A stretch of DNA of 64,000 nt from an uncultured Armatimonadetes bacterium (GTDB lineage Bacteria > Armatimonadota > UBA5829 > DTJY01), in assembly GCA_963717145.1 (NCBI GenBank), contig OY970325.1, positions 1,280,001-1,344,000 on the forward strand, written 5' to 3'. Numbering within the stretch: position 1 is the stretch's first letter; the number at the start of each line of letters is the position of its first letter. The notes under the pieces were generated by a model that was not told the origin of the DNA, searched no databases, and saw only the letters and a program-made list of their open reading frames with translations. Shown in pieces: positions 62,301 through 64,000 of the stretch. A program made the translations under genes and the position numbers.

Positions 62301-64000
62301 TCAGCGGATGGTGTCCCGCTCGATCATCTGGATCCGGCGGAGGCGCGGGAGCACATTGATCGGGAGCGAGACCTCGCCACCGGGCGTCAACTCGATGCTG
62401 AACTCCGGCTGATCGATGTAGTGGAAGGCCGGGAGGTTGTAGTCGTATACCTTCACATCCCACAGTCCGGGCCTGAGGTCGCCCAGAGAGAACTCGCCAT
62501 CACGATCGGTCACCAGACGCAGCACCTCTTTTTCCGTTGCCGCTGTCTGAGGGGTCTCCTGCCTCGTGAAACCCAACAAGACATCACCGAGGCCGCCGAC
62601 CTCGACCGGTTTGCCGTCCGGGCTGACGACGCCGTCACTTCGGCCCGGCGCGCTGACAAACACAGCCGACTGGTCAGGTCGATCGGCCTTCTCAGGCTGG
62701 AACTCCAACAGCGACAGCTTGCCTCGCAGGCGAGCCGATCTCAGCACACCGATTTCCACATCGGCCGGCTTCCCTTCCGCCACTTCGACCACCATCGGCA
62801 GCCTGGCCGCGGTGACGCGATCAAGCCCGATCGAGTTGCGTTCGATGGACACGCTGCACGGTCCGGCCGCTACCGTATGGAACGTGAACCGACCACTCCC
62901 ATCGGTAACTGCGGTAGCCCCGTTGGCGGTCACGACGACGCGCGGAATTCCCGGCTTCTCCGGAGATTCAGCGTCGTATACCCGGCCGTATATGCTTCCC
63001 AGGTTCTTCTTCCGAGCGATGGGAATGCCAAACGGAATAGTATACGATAACTGGATCGCTGTCTCCGAAGCAGCAGTGCGATCGCTGTTTCTCAGACGCA
63101 GACTCCATACGCGCTCATCGGGCGCTTCATAGACGACCGTGGCGTAAAGCTGGCGGTTGTCTCTGTCCTCGTCCATTCTGAAGCGATTTGTCGAATAGGT
63201 CACGGCGAGAGACAGCCTGTCCGAGGGCTTCCAGTAGGCCGATCCGCCGATCGTGTTGTCTCTGGAGAGCAGTCGGCTGTCCTCATCGCCGTCGTCGCCG
63301 AAGAGGGTGTACAGACTGATATACTTGTTCGCGCCGGCTCTGAGGTTATAGTATACGGCGTATCGACTTACGTTGCGGGAATCCCCTGTGAGAAGATCGC
63401 GCTGGCGTCCGATATCCCAGTAGACCAGCAGGCTGGACGCAGTAAACGACTTGTTGACGCCGAATCGTGTCGCGTGCTCCTGGTAGTTGAAAGAGGCAGG
63501 ATCGAGCAGGTCCTCGCGTCGGAAATATAGTCGATCGAGTGATAGACTCGTGCTCGCGGAGAGATCGTAGTCCAGGCCGAACTGGTAGAAGTTCTCGAGC
63601 GGCGCGTCATTCTGCGAATCATCGCGATCGAGGTTTCTGCGCCACCTCTGTCCGGACGCGTTCCCCCTGAGCCGCTCCGCTATCGGGAAAGACACCGATA
63701 GGTCCGAGTAATCCGCGTCGTTGTAGTAGCCGAAGTAGTCGGGGGAGGCATGGATCGTGCCGAGAGAGTAGGATATGCCTCGGGACTTGCCATCCATCCG
63801 CAGCCTGTATGCCTGGCCACCCACGCCGTCGCTCCGATCGCTCGAGCACGTCCCAAGCTCGACCTCCATGTTACTTCCGGGGAACGGCTTCGCGGCTCCC
63901 AGCAGACTCAGCAAGCGGTCATCAAAGCCGGACGGACCTTCCTGAGACTTAGTCAGCAGGTTGAGAGTGAGATCAAGCCCGTTCTTGAGCTTCGTCCCGA
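62301..64000 (-). CDS. Outer-membrane beta-barrel (usher-like) protein with carboxypeptidase-regulatory-like C-terminal domains; 5' end outside the window
   Basis: Open to the window edge; alternating beta-strand pattern; GRVYD..PGIP, TDGSGRFTF, TDRDGEFSL..LRPG.W. Confidence 0.65.
   Translation of the reverse strand, partial: GTKLKNGLDLTLNLLTKSQEGPSGFDDRLLSLLGAAKPFPGSNMEVELGTCSSDRSDGVGGQAYRLRMDGKSRGISYSLGTIHASPDYFGYYNDADYSDLSVSFPIAERLRGNASGQRWRRNLDRDDSQNDAPLENFYQFGLDYDLSASTSLSLDRLYFRREDLLDPASFNYQEHATRFGVNKSFTASSLLVYWDIGRQRDLLTGDSRNVSRYAVYYNLRAGANKYISLYTLFGDDGDEDSRLLSRDNTIGGSAYWKPSDRLSLAVTYSTNRFRMDEDRDNRQLYATVVYEAPDERVWSLRLRNSDRTAASETAIQLSYTIPFGIPIARKKNLGSIYGRVYDAESPEKPGIPRVVVTANGATAVTDGSGRFTFHTVAAGPCSVSIERNSIGLDRVTAARLPMVVEVAEGKPADVEIGVLRSARLRGKLSLLEFQPEKADRPDQSAVFVSAPGRSDGVVSPDGKPVEVGGLGDVLLGFTRQETPQTAATEKEVLRLVTDRDGEFSLGDLRPGLWDVKVYDYNLPAFHYIDQPEFSIELTPGGEVSLPINVLPRLRRIQMIERDTIR

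Overview
GC-rich bacterial chromosome segment. It is probably Armatimonadota, inferred from the 16S 5' motif GCTTGCGGCGTGCCTAAGAAATGC and two PEP-CTERM genes; this was not database-checked. It carries a complete minus-strand rrn operon (16S-tRNA-Ile-tRNA-Ala-23S-5S), tRNA-Leu(CAG), an intact IS66 with an 8-bp target duplication, housekeeping genes (tex, greA, ligA, nfo, udg, pabB/pabC, secG, two tatA-family genes, pfkB), ABC/MFS transporters, secreted glycoside-hydrolase-like proteins, hicAB and two orphan antitoxins. The most striking signal is more than 20 miniature palindromic or periodic elements from at least 8 sequence-unrelated families (GTAG-, GTTG- and GGAG-type REP-like doublets, GTCATTCTGAGC and CCCTCACCCC palindromes, and 7-, 9- and 21-bp periodic arrays). 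They fill intergenic gaps, nest inside each other, supply start and stop codons, and sit in frame inside proteins: three in a Tat-signal-bearing glycyl-radical enzyme that the ORF track missed, and one in DNA ligase. Other candidates are a leader-peptide/anti-SD attenuator in front of a split MgtE-cytosolic-domain + Nramp-type operon, a 23S rRNA that appears to lack helix 78, and a consensus promoter inside the rrn spacer. Three single-base homopolymer frameshifts suggest residual long-read errors, so single-base anomalies need read-level checks.
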